DNA of 64,000 nucleotides from a candidate division FCPU426 bacterium. GTDB lineage: Bacteria > Oederibacteriota > Muellerivitia > Muellerivitales > Muellerivitaceae. The first letter of the stretch is position 1; every line of letters begins with the position of its first letter. Shown piece by piece: positions 37,642 to 46,479 of the stretch. Position numbers and translations under genes: made by a program. Below the pieces are notes generated by a model. That model saw only the letters and a program-made list of their open reading frames with translations, was not told the DNA's origin and searched no databases. The stretch is from NCBI GenBank assembly GCA_963719085.1, contig CAVRAL010000001.1, positions 96,001 through 160,000 of the forward strand, given 5' to 3'.

Positions 37642-39180
37642 ATGAAAGGGGGTCGTATGAGACTTATTAAATATTTTCTAATGGTTTTTATATCTGGGAT
37701 CGGCGGATTACTTCCGGTTTGGGCGGATTCCTTACAATCGTTAAACGCGGGAACGAGCCCCCGGGGCGTGGCCACGGGTCGCGTGATGGATCCTAAAGTC
37801 GAAGATCTCATCGTGGCTAATTTCGGATCGCCTACCTTTATCGGTCAAAATACCCCGGTTTCCCAGATGGATCCAAGCCAATCCAACCTCCAAGTTTTTA
37901 TTCCATCCGCTATGGGGCTGAAACTTTTCACCTCTTTCCAAACCGCGGCCGGTCCCCGGGGGGTGGCTGTTGGTGACCTCGACGGTTCGGGAATTCAATC
38001 GATTTTGGTGAGCGCCTATGACGCCCAAAAAATCCAGATTTTTCAGTGGCAGCATGGGCAGTTTCAAAATATGGGGGAAGCACCCACATTGGCTCAACCA
38101 GTGGGGTTGGCGGTCGGGAAGACACGCTCCGGGGGCACCTTGTTCGCGGCGGTAGCCGATTATGGCGCCAACAGCCTTTCCCTTTTCCCCATTGTCCAAG
38201 GCAAATTGGGCCCCCGGGTGGATATTCCGGTATCGGGAAGCCCGGTTCAGGTGGCCATTGGCGATTTCAACGGCGATGGGGAAAACGAGATCGCCGTGGC
38301 GGATTTGTCGGCCGATAAAGTGGAGATATTCAAAAAACCGGTTTCCTCAATCGATAGCGACTTGGCGGCTTATAGCCTTTGCCAAACCTTGACCCTGGCG
38401 CCGGGGAGCTCACCCTCGGCTTTGGCCGCCGCCGATTTGAACGGGGACGGCCTTGTTGATTTAGTGGTTTCGGGCTTTCAGTCCAACAATCTTTCGGTTT
38501 TTCTCCAGCAAAAAGACGGCTCACTTTTCGCTTTGCCGCCTTTCACCACCACTGGCCTGCATCCCAATGGATTGACGGTCGAGGATTTAAAAGGGGATGG
38601 AAAAAAAGAAATTATTGTGGCGAACCGCGACTCGGATTCCTTGGATGTCTTTGAATGGATGGGCGGGACTTTTCAATTGTTGGAAACCCTTCCGGTGGCC
38701 GCCGGTCCGGTGAGTTCTTTTGGGCCCGTGGAAGTGGCGGCGCTGGACACCCGAAACCAGGGTGTTTTGGATTTAGCCGTCAGCCATATGCGGACCAACA
38801 GTGTGGAAATCCTGTCGCAGGGGTTGACCCTCGTGGGCGTTAGCCCCACGCCGACGGCGTCCGGCACCCCATCGGTCGGTGTTGGAACCGGCTTTTCATC
38901 GCAGACCACCTTCGCGTTTCCTAATCCGAATTATGACGGGAAAGTGAGGTTCAGTTTTAATTTGACTTCATCGACCCGGGTGAGCCTGCAAGTTTTTGAG
39001 GTCACGGGACAATTGGTTTGGTCCAAAACCCTGGAGGCCTCACAGACCCAGGCGGGAACCAATTTGGTGAATTGGGACGCGGTTAATGGGGCGGGACAGG
39101 CACTGGCCAGCGGCCTTTATGTTTACCGAATCAGCGCAGGTGGGCAAAGTGTCATTAAAAAGCTGGCCATCCTCCACTAA
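37642..39180 (+). CDS. Secreted FG-GAP/VCBS-repeat protein with C-terminal FlgD-Ig/T9SS-like domain
   Basis: Signal peptide, repeated GDLDGSG/GDFNGDG/ADLNGDG/EDLKGDG, short P/T linker, AFPNP...WD...LASGLYVYRI...KKLAIL tail. Confidence 0.85.
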   Translation: MKGGRMRLIKYFLMVFISGIGGLLPVWADSLQSLNAGTSPRGVATGRVMDPKVEDLIVANFGSPTFIGQNTPVSQMDPSQSNLQVFIPSAMGLKLFTSFQTAAGPRGVAVGDLDGSGIQSILVSAYDAQKIQIFQWQHGQFQNMGEAPTLAQPVGLAVGKTRSGGTLFAAVADYGANSLSLFPIVQGKLGPRVDIPVSGSPVQVAIGDFNGDGENEIAVADLSADKVEIFKKPVSSIDSDLAAYSLCQTLTLAPGSSPSALAAADLNGDGLVDLVVSGFQSNNLSVFLQQKDGSLFALPPFTTTGLHPNGLTVEDLKGDGKKEIIVANRDSDSLDVFEWMGGTFQLLETLPVAAGPVSSFGPVEVAALDTRNQGVLDLAVSHMRTNSVEILSQGLTLVGVSPTPTASGTPSVGVGTGFSSQTTFAFPNPNYDGKVRFSFNLTSSTRVSLQVFEVTGQLVWSKTLEASQTQAGTNLVNWDAVNGAGQALASGLYVYRISAGGQSVIKKLAILH

Positions 39181-39200
39181 AGCTAAAGGATGGCCGGCTT
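39157..39200 (-). terminator. Hairpin between convergent genes, T tail on minus strand
   Basis: AAGCTGGCCATCCT / AGGATGGCCGGCTT stem, preceded by an A run on the + strand. Confidence 0.5.
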
Positions 39201-39207
39201 GGATCGA

Positions 39208-39681
39208 TTAAGCGCTGGCCTTCACATCGCCCTTGGCGGCGTCGGTCGGCGGTTCGTTCGGTGAAAAGATTTGGTTGGAGTTCTTGTGGGAACCCTTGGT
39301 CAGCCGGTAACCGGCCGCTTCCAAGGCTTGTTTCCAACTTCCGTATTCCCGGCGCGCGGCCGAATAGAGGGCTAATCGGTCCCGGTAGGTTGTCAGCAGA
39401 TTTTTCGAGCCGGCTTGTTGAATGGCTTCCAAAACCTCTTCCTTCGACCATTTGGTCAGTTTTTCGCGGCGACGGGCCTTACCCGCTTCCAAAATATTGT
39501 CATAATCAATACCCGCGGCTTTGACGGCGTTGGACCAACTGGCGAAGTACCGGCGGGAACAAGAAGCCGTAAAAAGCGGTATGTAGTTCTTCGAGATATT
39601 GCTGGCCGAAATATCAACATTTTTAGCCTTTAAATCCTTAATCGTTTCGATGATTTTCTCTTTTGACCATTTCTGTTTCAT
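39208..39681 (-). CDS. Small basic two-repeat protein resembling homing-endonuclease-associated repeats
   Basis: Duplicated unit KWSKE..I..I ... (YFA/EYG)SW..A..AAG; GGGAGAG SD before ATG 39681. Confidence 0.7.
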   Translation of the reverse strand: MKQKWSKEKIIETIKDLKAKNVDISASNISKNYIPLFTASCSRRYFASWSNAVKAAGIDYDNILEAGKARRREKLTKWSKEEVLEAIQQAGSKNLLTTYRDRLALYSAARREYGSWKQALEAAGYRLTKGSHKNSNQIFSPNEPPTDAAKGDVKASA

Positions 39682-39975
39682 GTTAACTCTCCCAAGTAGT
39701 TGCACCCTTTTGGTGAGGTGTTTATTAAACTTATAATATATTACGAAGGGTTATGATTCAATAGCATATATTATGTCAATTCAATTTTTGTTAATATTTG
39801 TTGTTTTTAAGTATTATCAAATTTGATAGCTTTTCAAGGGCTTTGTAGTTTGGACGAGGCCAAAGCCGGAAAAAGGTCGTTTGAGAGCAGGGCGCATTTC
39901 AGCTTTGGACCGGTTTTGGGGGCATCGCTTTTGGCCTTCATTTTTGTTCTTAGAAATTAACGCGGAGTTCTCAAA

Positions 39976-40320
39976 ATGAGCCGCGGAAAATGGACTCGGT
40001 CGCGGGGCGAGGTTTTTGGCATGATGTTTTTTCTATCCTTGGGTTTGTTCAAACAGGGAATCGGAAGGGCCTTTTTCGCTTACGTGCATTTGGATGACGG
40101 GCCCGAAATTTAAACCTGTTTTGGCGGTTCTGTTGAGGGGACGGTTTTTATCCGAACGATTGCCGCGACCTTGTTTTTGAAAGCGGCCCTGAGGGGTTTA
40201 TAATTCTTGTCACGCTCAATCCTCGGGAAATTTATGTGCGGGGTTTTATGGGGCGATGTTATATTTGGGAGCTGTTGATTGGCCTTCGAGCCCTGGCCCG
40301 AAAAGAGATTTAACGGATGA
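39976..40320 (+). pseudogene. Possible decayed small membrane-protein gene
   Basis: One frame from ATG 39976 (GGAG upstream) reads as a hydrophobic protein interrupted by three in-frame stops (TAA, TAA, TGA). Confidence 0.25.
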
Positions 40321-40376
40321 CACCGATTTTTTCCCTTTCGATTCTTAATCTTTCTTCTAAAAGACCCGATTAATTT

Positions 40377-42299
40377 ATGGCCCTCTCCCTGGATCCTCAA
40401 GCGGAATGGTTGGAAACCGACGGTTTGGGCGGTTTCGCGTCCGGCACCGTCAACCAAATCCGCACCCGCCGATATCACGCGCTTCTTTTGGCGGCCGCCC
40501 ATCCGCCCGGCGACCGGTTTGTTTTAGTGAACGGCTTGGAAGTGGGGATCGAAACCGCTTCGGGCACTTACGCGCTTACCAGCCACCGCTATGATCCTGA
40601 CGTGCTTTTTCCGGATGGCGTCAAGCGCCTTAAAGCTTTTGAGCCGGATCCCTGGCCGCGGTGGACTTTCAAGCTCGAGGACGGAACCGAGATCGAGCAG
40701 GAAATTTTTGTTAAAAAAGGCACGCCCCTGACGGCTATCCGCTGGGTGTTGAAGACGCCGGGAAAAAAGGCCACCTTATCCGTCCGGCCCCTGATTTCGG
40801 GCCGGGACTATCATTCACTCCACCGCGAGAATGGTTTTTTCAAATTTTCACCGGTCACCCATGAGAACCAAGTCGAATGGAAGCCTTACCCGGGCGTGCC
40901 GGGAATCGTGGCTTATTTCAACGGGGCCTATTTTCAGGAACCCGAATGGTTTAAAAATTTCGCTTATACACGGGAAAAAGAACGGGGTTTGGATTACACC
41001 GAGGACCTGGCCGCGCCGGGCGTTTTTCGGTTTGACCTGGACCGTTCGGAAGCCATCCTGATTTTGACGACCTCGGAGCAAGGCGGAAACCTGCTGGACC
41101 CCGTGCCGGCCAATTATTTCCGAAAAATCGAAGAGGAAGAGCGCGTCAGGCGCCAAGCTTTCCCCACGCGTCTGCACCGATCGGCGGACGATTATTTGGT
41201 CCAACGGGACTACGGCAAGACCATCATGGCGGGTTATCCCTGGTTCATGGATTGGGGACGGGACGCCTTCATCTCCATCCGCGGTTTGTGCCTGGCCACC
41301 GGCCGCTTGGAAGAGGCTTCCGCGATTCTTTTGGGATGGGCCGATAAGATTTCCCAAGGAATGCTTCCGAACCGTTTTCCCGATCAGGGGGAATTGCCCG
41401 AGTATAATTCGGTCGACGCCTCGCTTTGGTACGTGATCGCGGTGGCGGAGCTGCTCAGGCGCCGGGGACCGGGCTTCCCCCAGGGGAACCGGATTAAATT
41501 AATGGATACGGTGGACGCGGTTCTGTCCTTTTACGCCAAAGGAACCCGTTATGGTATTCAAATGGACTCCGATTTTCTTTTACAGGCGGGAGAGCCGGGT
41601 TCCCAATTGACTTGGATGGACGCCAAGGCCAATGGGGTTCCGGTCACGCCCCGCGTCGGAAAACCCGTGGAAGTCCAGGCCCTTTGGCTCAACGCCCTTT
41701 TTGCCATGCGGGATCGGTTTCCCCAATGGCATGAGCCGGCGGAAGAAGGACTTAAAAGTTTCCGATCCAAATTTTGGAACGAGGCCGCCGGCTGCCTTTA
41801 TGACGTGGTGGACGTCAACCATCAAAAAGACCAGAAAGACCCCGCGATTCGTCCCAACCAACTCTTGGCGGTCGGCGGGCTTCCCTTAAACCTTTTGCCG
41901 CTCGACCAAGCCCGGCGCGTGGTGGATCTGGCGGAGTCCCAGCTATGGACGCCTTCAGGAATAAGGTCGCTGTCTTTCAAAGACCCGGCTTATCAAAGCA
42001 CCTATCAGGGCAACTCGCTTATCCGGGACGCCGCCTATCACCAGGGAACCGTTTGGCCTTGGCTGGCGGGTCCTTTTGTGGAGGCCTGGGTCCGGGTGCG
42101 CGGTGAGACGCAAGCGGCCAAGCGGGAGGCGCGCGAAAAATTTCTGGAGCCGCTTTTGATCCAGGGCCGGTCCTTCGGCTTGGCCCATTTGCCGGAGATC
42201 GCGGACGGTGAATCTCCTTTTACGCCCCGGGGTTGTCCCTTTCAAGCCTGGTCCGTGGGCGAAGCCCTCCGGTTAAGCGAGGAAGTTTTGCGCGGATAA
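40377..42299 (+). CDS. Amylo-alpha-1,6-glucosidase / glycogen debranching enzyme family protein
   Basis: EWLETDGLGGFASGT, RRYHALL, AGYPWF.DWGRD, YNSVDASLW, LTWMDA, YHQGTVWPW, GCPFQAWS. Confidence 0.92.
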   Translation: MALSLDPQAEWLETDGLGGFASGTVNQIRTRRYHALLLAAAHPPGDRFVLVNGLEVGIETASGTYALTSHRYDPDVLFPDGVKRLKAFEPDPWPRWTFKLEDGTEIEQEIFVKKGTPLTAIRWVLKTPGKKATLSVRPLISGRDYHSLHRENGFFKFSPVTHENQVEWKPYPGVPGIVAYFNGAYFQEPEWFKNFAYTREKERGLDYTEDLAAPGVFRFDLDRSEAILILTTSEQGGNLLDPVPANYFRKIEEEERVRRQAFPTRLHRSADDYLVQRDYGKTIMAGYPWFMDWGRDAFISIRGLCLATGRLEEASAILLGWADKISQGMLPNRFPDQGELPEYNSVDASLWYVIAVAELLRRRGPGFPQGNRIKLMDTVDAVLSFYAKGTRYGIQMDSDFLLQAGEPGSQLTWMDAKANGVPVTPRVGKPVEVQALWLNALFAMRDRFPQWHEPAEEGLKSFRSKFWNEAAGCLYDVVDVNHQKDQKDPAIRPNQLLAVGGLPLNLLPLDQARRVVDLAESQLWTPSGIRSLSFKDPAYQSTYQGNSLIRDAAYHQGTVWPWLAGPFVEAWVRVRGETQAAKREAREKFLEPLLIQGRSFGLAHLPEIADGESPFTPRGCPFQAWSVGEALRLSEEVLRG

Positions 42300-42388
42300 G
42301 GGAGCGGAAAGCCGTCTTTCTTGGTGAACTTGACACCGGGCTTCGTTAAAATCCATAGGCTTTTCAACCGAACCGAAACGGGGCCTTC

Positions 42389-43099
42389 TTGGAAAAAATC
42401 AAAAACGGCGTTGAGATCGGATTATTCCTCGCATTGACCCTGGGCCTTTATCTTCTGATGGCCTTGACCCTGCCTTTCTTTCAGGAAGCCCACGGTTTAT
42501 TGGTCATGACCGACTGGGCCGATATTTCCCGAAACGCCTCCATCCATACGCTCCTGTTTTTCTCGGCGGCCGCCTGCGCCATTTTGGGAACGCTTCTTTT
42601 AGAATGGATCCCCTCTTTGACGGCGAGCCTGATGGCCAACCTTTGGTCCGTGACTTATTTTTTCATCTGGATTGACGCGGTTTTTTCCTTGTCCCTTCAA
42701 AGCCAGTCGTTGCGTTATCTTTGGGCTTTGGGATTGGGAGTTCTTTTTATTTATATTTTTTTCCTGCTTCTACAAATTCGGGACGGGGCCATTGAAAAAG
42801 CAAAACCCGTGGAATGGAAGCCCAAGCTCGTCGGCCAGTGGCTTTGGGGTTGGATGGGGTTTTATTTCGGCTTGTCCTGCCTGATGACTTACGATTCCTT
42901 GTGGTTTTTGCCCTCCCGGATGGCCCTGGCGTTTGGCGCCATGGCCCTTTGCTTTTTCAATTACCTGTTGTGTCTTTTGTTGAAAAAAGGCGAGGGTCCG
43001 GAGGGGGCGGTCTTTTCCCTGGGGGGGCGCCGATTTTTCACGGCCTGGTTCACGCTATTAACCCTGGTGTGGGTGGCGGAGCGGTTTTTCGGGGTTTGA
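42389..43099 (+). CDS. Hypothetical polytopic membrane protein
   Basis: About seven hydrophobic segments; fills the gap on the coding strand. Confidence 0.7.
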   Translation: MEKIKNGVEIGLFLALTLGLYLLMALTLPFFQEAHGLLVMTDWADISRNASIHTLLFFSAAACAILGTLLLEWIPSLTASLMANLWSVTYFFIWIDAVFSLSLQSQSLRYLWALGLGVLFIYIFFLLLQIRDGAIEKAKPVEWKPKLVGQWLWGWMGFYFGLSCLMTYDSLWFLPSRMALAFGAMALCFFNYLLCLLLKKGEGPEGAVFSLGGRRFFTAWFTLLTLVWVAERFFGV

Positions 43100-43193
43100 C
43101 CTTTCGGGGATTTTTTGATGAAAGAGCCCCGGTTGAAATGGATGGTCCGGAGATGAAGGTCCGGCCGTGAAACGCGGGTGAAACAGGGGACTG

Positions 43194-45248
43194 ATGGGTA
43201 AAAATGGGTTGTGCTTTTTTGGCGCCGCCGCCATTCTCGGATTGCTGGCTTATGGTCCTTTTGGCTGGAGCGTCAAAGTTTGGATTTTCATCCTTTTGAC
43301 CCTAATCCTTTTTGGGGCGGCTTTCCTTTGGGTTCCCGCGGCGAAAGAGTCGGACGCAGAAAAATTTCTCTCCTCTGAAAAAGGTTTTCCCGCCCCTCCG
43401 ATGGTCTTATTTTGGGTTTTGGCGGTGTTCGCCCTTTTCCTTCGTTTTTTTGATCTGACCGACTTTCACTTTTGGCCGACCGGGGATGAGGGGCTCAACG
43501 GCTTTCTCGCGCTCTCACTTTGCCGGCATTGGTCCTGGCATTTTTTTTACGCCGTGGGAGAACTTCCGCCGCTTTTAACTTGGCTGTTGGCCCTGGGTTA
43601 TCGGCTTTCCACTTCGGCTTTTTTTGCCATTTGGTTTCCGCCAGCCCTTTTTTCCGCGCTGGCCTTGGGGGCGGGCTACGCGGCGGCGCGTCTTTTTTTT
43701 TCCAAAAGCCTGGCGACCCTCTTCGGAATTTTATTAGCGTTCAGCTTCTGGCCGTTGGACTCCGGGCGTTATTGCCATCAAGGCATTTTGGTCCCCTTTT
43801 GGGAGCTCACTTGTTTTTATCTTTTCGGCCGATTCTTAAAGGCTTCCCAAGGGAATCGGGAAAAGTGGGCGCTTTTTTTAGGGCTTTGGACCGGATTGGG
43901 AACGCTGACCTTTCCGTCTTGGCTTTCGGTCCTTCTTTTAGCCATCCTCACCTTTTTACTGACGCAGGTCCGTGATTTTCAAAAGAACTTCAAGCCGATT
44001 TTGGTCTGGGGCCTGGGTTTGTCCTTGGGTGGGCTCCCTTTTGTCTTGGCAGTGCTTCGGGAGGGTTATGGCCACCACTTTTTGGACGCCTCGGCGGCCA
44101 GCGGTTGGTATTCGCCGGCGCATCAATGGATGACCCACGCGTCCTATCTGACCAGTTTCTTTTGGGGGACTGCGCCGGGAGGGGCTTCCTACGGTCCTTT
44201 TTGGGGTGGGATGCTTAATCCGATTTTGGGCGCTGGTTTTTTTCTGGGTTTTTTTGAGCTGCTCCGCTTGCGAAAGATATTTTTTTCGAAATGGTGGGTT
44301 TTGGCCGCGTTTTTTTGCTTTTTGCCCGGCTTGTTGGCCTCGGATTATGTGGAACTGAACCGGGTTCTTCAGGTGATGCCTTTGCTGCTCCTAATGGCCG
44401 CCTTCGGATTTCAACGGCTTTATTTGGATCTGGGCCGCCGGGCCTTGCCGGTAGTTTTGCTGCTGCTGGCCGCCTCTTTCGGTTTGGACATGATTCATTT
44501 GGCCAAGTCACGGACCCCGCTGGTGAAAACCGCTGACGCCAATTACGCGGCTTTCCAGATTTTGGAGGCTCAAAGGCTGAAGGAAGGGCCGGGGCTTATT
44601 TTCAGCGACTTTCTTCTTCTTTCGCATAATCACAGTCTTTCGGCGTGTGTTTATCCCTTCAACGCAGCGGTAAACTCGCGGCTCAACCCGGCCGCGGCTC
44701 GATGGGCCGCCGTGATCGTCAACCCCCACTATGAGCGGTTTCTGGCCGCCCGTTTTCCCGGTTCCAGTTGGGCGAAAACGCCCTTGGAAGACGGGGAAGG
44801 GGGATTGGTTGTGGGGATATTGCCCGTGACGGACGCCAACGAGGGGCTTTTCAGCCGGTGGAAAGAGGCCCATGATTATTTCGGGACCTTAAATTTAGAG
44901 GCTGAACAGGTCGCCAACAGCCAGGCTGAATACCAGAAGACCCTGTCCCAATTGCCCGAAGGTTACGCCTGGGTCGCGGGAGATCCTTTCTTGGAATCCA
45001 TCTATGGCGAGTGGCTGGCTCAATATCATTACGGCGCGGATTATTCAAAAAACATTGAAGTGTTGCGACGGGCCGTGACGCGGGGCTATCCCGCGGCGCA
45101 CTTATATTTTAAGCTGGGCAATTTTCTGTGGGCGGACGGCAAAACGGGGGAAGCGAGGCGGGCTTACGCGCGATCCCTGGCTTTGGATCCGGAAGAAACC
45201 GGGGCCGCCCAGGCCTTGGCCGGTCTTTCGGGGAATGGAAAATTTTAA
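43194..45248 (+). CDS. GT-C fold (ArnT/PMT-like, family 39-type) glycosyltransferase with C-terminal TPR
   Basis: LRF.DL......GDEG acidic loop, PPLLTW, many TM helices, TPR-like end (AHLYFKLGN...EARRAYARSLALDP). Confidence 0.7.
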   Translation: MGKNGLCFFGAAAILGLLAYGPFGWSVKVWIFILLTLILFGAAFLWVPAAKESDAEKFLSSEKGFPAPPMVLFWVLAVFALFLRFFDLTDFHFWPTGDEGLNGFLALSLCRHWSWHFFYAVGELPPLLTWLLALGYRLSTSAFFAIWFPPALFSALALGAGYAAARLFFSKSLATLFGILLAFSFWPLDSGRYCHQGILVPFWELTCFYLFGRFLKASQGNREKWALFLGLWTGLGTLTFPSWLSVLLLAILTFLLTQVRDFQKNFKPILVWGLGLSLGGLPFVLAVLREGYGHHFLDASAASGWYSPAHQWMTHASYLTSFFWGTAPGGASYGPFWGGMLNPILGAGFFLGFFELLRLRKIFFSKWWVLAAFFCFLPGLLASDYVELNRVLQVMPLLLLMAAFGFQRLYLDLGRRALPVVLLLLAASFGLDMIHLAKSRTPLVKTADANYAAFQILEAQRLKEGPGLIFSDFLLLSHNHSLSACVYPFNAAVNSRLNPAAARWAAVIVNPHYERFLAARFPGSSWAKTPLEDGEGGLVVGILPVTDANEGLFSRWKEAHDYFGTLNLEAEQVANSQAEYQKTLSQLPEGYAWVAGDPFLESIYGEWLAQYHYGADYSKNIEVLRRAVTRGYPAAHLYFKLGNFLWADGKTGEARRAYARSLALDPEETGAAQALAGLSGNGKF

Positions 45249-45327
45249 TTCAACCCAAGAGTCGGTTGTTTTATGATGACAGCGAGAAGTTTATGATCCG
45301 TTGGTTATCTTTCAATTAGGAGTCTAT

Positions 45328-46029
45328 GTGAATGAAATCGCGGCTTCTTTTATTATTTTTTTCCTCCTGATTTTGGGTTTGTGCCGTTCCTGGCGGTATT
45401 TTTGGTGCACTTCCTACGACATCCTTCTCGTGCGTCAATTGGAACCCTGGTTTTGGTTCATTTTTCTTAACCTGGTTTTGAGCGTTTTCAGCAGTCATTT
45501 CGAGTTTTCTTATATTCCGCTGGCGGCTTTGCTTCAACTGGCGCTCAGTACCTGGTTCGCCATTTCGATGAAATGGATCACCCTCGCCTGCTCCCATGAG
45601 CATGTGGTTGCCCAAAAGGTCTGGCTCGGTTCGGAACGGACGGTAAAATTTTGTTACCGTTGCGGCACGCGGATGCCCGGAAGCGTGACGGCGACCGAAT
45701 TAAAAGACTCTTCCTGGCAGCTTTATTTTTTCCAGATGCCGCCCCATCTTTTCGAGTACGCGATTTTCTGGGTAGCCCAGTCCATTATTTTTTTGGTCAT
45801 CCTTTTCCTGGCCCTGCATGTCCTGAAGAAAAACGGTTTCAAGGAAGTGCTGGCCATGATCGCGGTGGTTTTGGTGGTGGCGGCGCCCGCGGGCCTTTAT
45901 TATTGGAACCGGTTCAAACGGTATTTAATGGAATCCCGGGGTCATGTTTGGATGGACGAGTTCAAGCGGTCGTTTATTGTTTGGGCCCTGATTTTGGTGG
46001 GTCTTTTCGTTTTGCTGAAGATCGGCTGA
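45328..46029 (+). CDS. Hypothetical membrane protein with central Zn-ribbon-like motif (ORF open from 45301)
   Basis: TAGGAG SD before GTG 45328; TM helices flank CSHEH...FCYRCG. Confidence 0.65.
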   Translation: MNEIAASFIIFFLLILGLCRSWRYFWCTSYDILLVRQLEPWFWFIFLNLVLSVFSSHFEFSYIPLAALLQLALSTWFAISMKWITLACSHEHVVAQKVWLGSERTVKFCYRCGTRMPGSVTATELKDSSWQLYFFQMPPHLFEYAIFWVAQSIIFLVILFLALHVLKKNGFKEVLAMIAVVLVVAAPAGLYYWNRFKRYLMESRGHVWMDEFKRSFIVWALILVGLFVLLKIG

Positions 46030-46032
46030 CTT

Positions 46033-46479
46033 TTGACCCCGCGCGAGGATTGGATCAGGGAAAACGCGAAGGAAAGGCGCCGTCTTGCGGCGCTGGTCAC
46101 CCCCTTGACCGAAGAGGAGCTGGGACGGCTTTTGCCCAATGGTTGGACGGTGGCCGCGGCCTTGGTTCATCTGGCCTTTTGGGATCTTCGGCAAGTCACC
46201 CTTTTGAGGCGTTGGGTTGAGGAAGGGGTCAAACCCGGAAGCCTGGACGCTGAGGCCATCAATGAGCCCTTAAGCCTTTTGAGCGAGGCCATGCCCTTGG
46301 AAGCTTCCGTCGCCCTGGTTTTGGACGCGGCCGAAACCGTGGACCAGGCGGTGGAAAAACTTTCGCGAGAACAGGTCGATCAATTGGTTGAGATGGGATT
46401 TGAAAGAAACCTTCAGCGCTTTTCACACCGCAAAAATCATTTGGATAAAATCGAGGAAGTTTTAGGCGAAAAAGCCTAA
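46033..46479 (+). CDS. DinB / maleylpyruvate-isomerase N-terminal superfamily protein
   Basis: GWTVAAALVHLAFWD and HRKNH histidine pattern. Confidence 0.75.
   Translation: MTPREDWIRENAKERRRLAALVTPLTEEELGRLLPNGWTVAAALVHLAFWDLRQVTLLRRWVEEGVKPGSLDAEAINEPLSLLSEAMPLEASVALVLDAAETVDQAVEKLSREQVDQLVEMGFERNLQRFSHRKNHLDKIEEVLGEKA

Noticed and set aside
40300..40360. AAGAGAT-AACGGAT-CACCGAT triplet resembling a left arm of the three-unit elements
   Set aside because: No convincing complementary right arm, so not counted as a fifth copy
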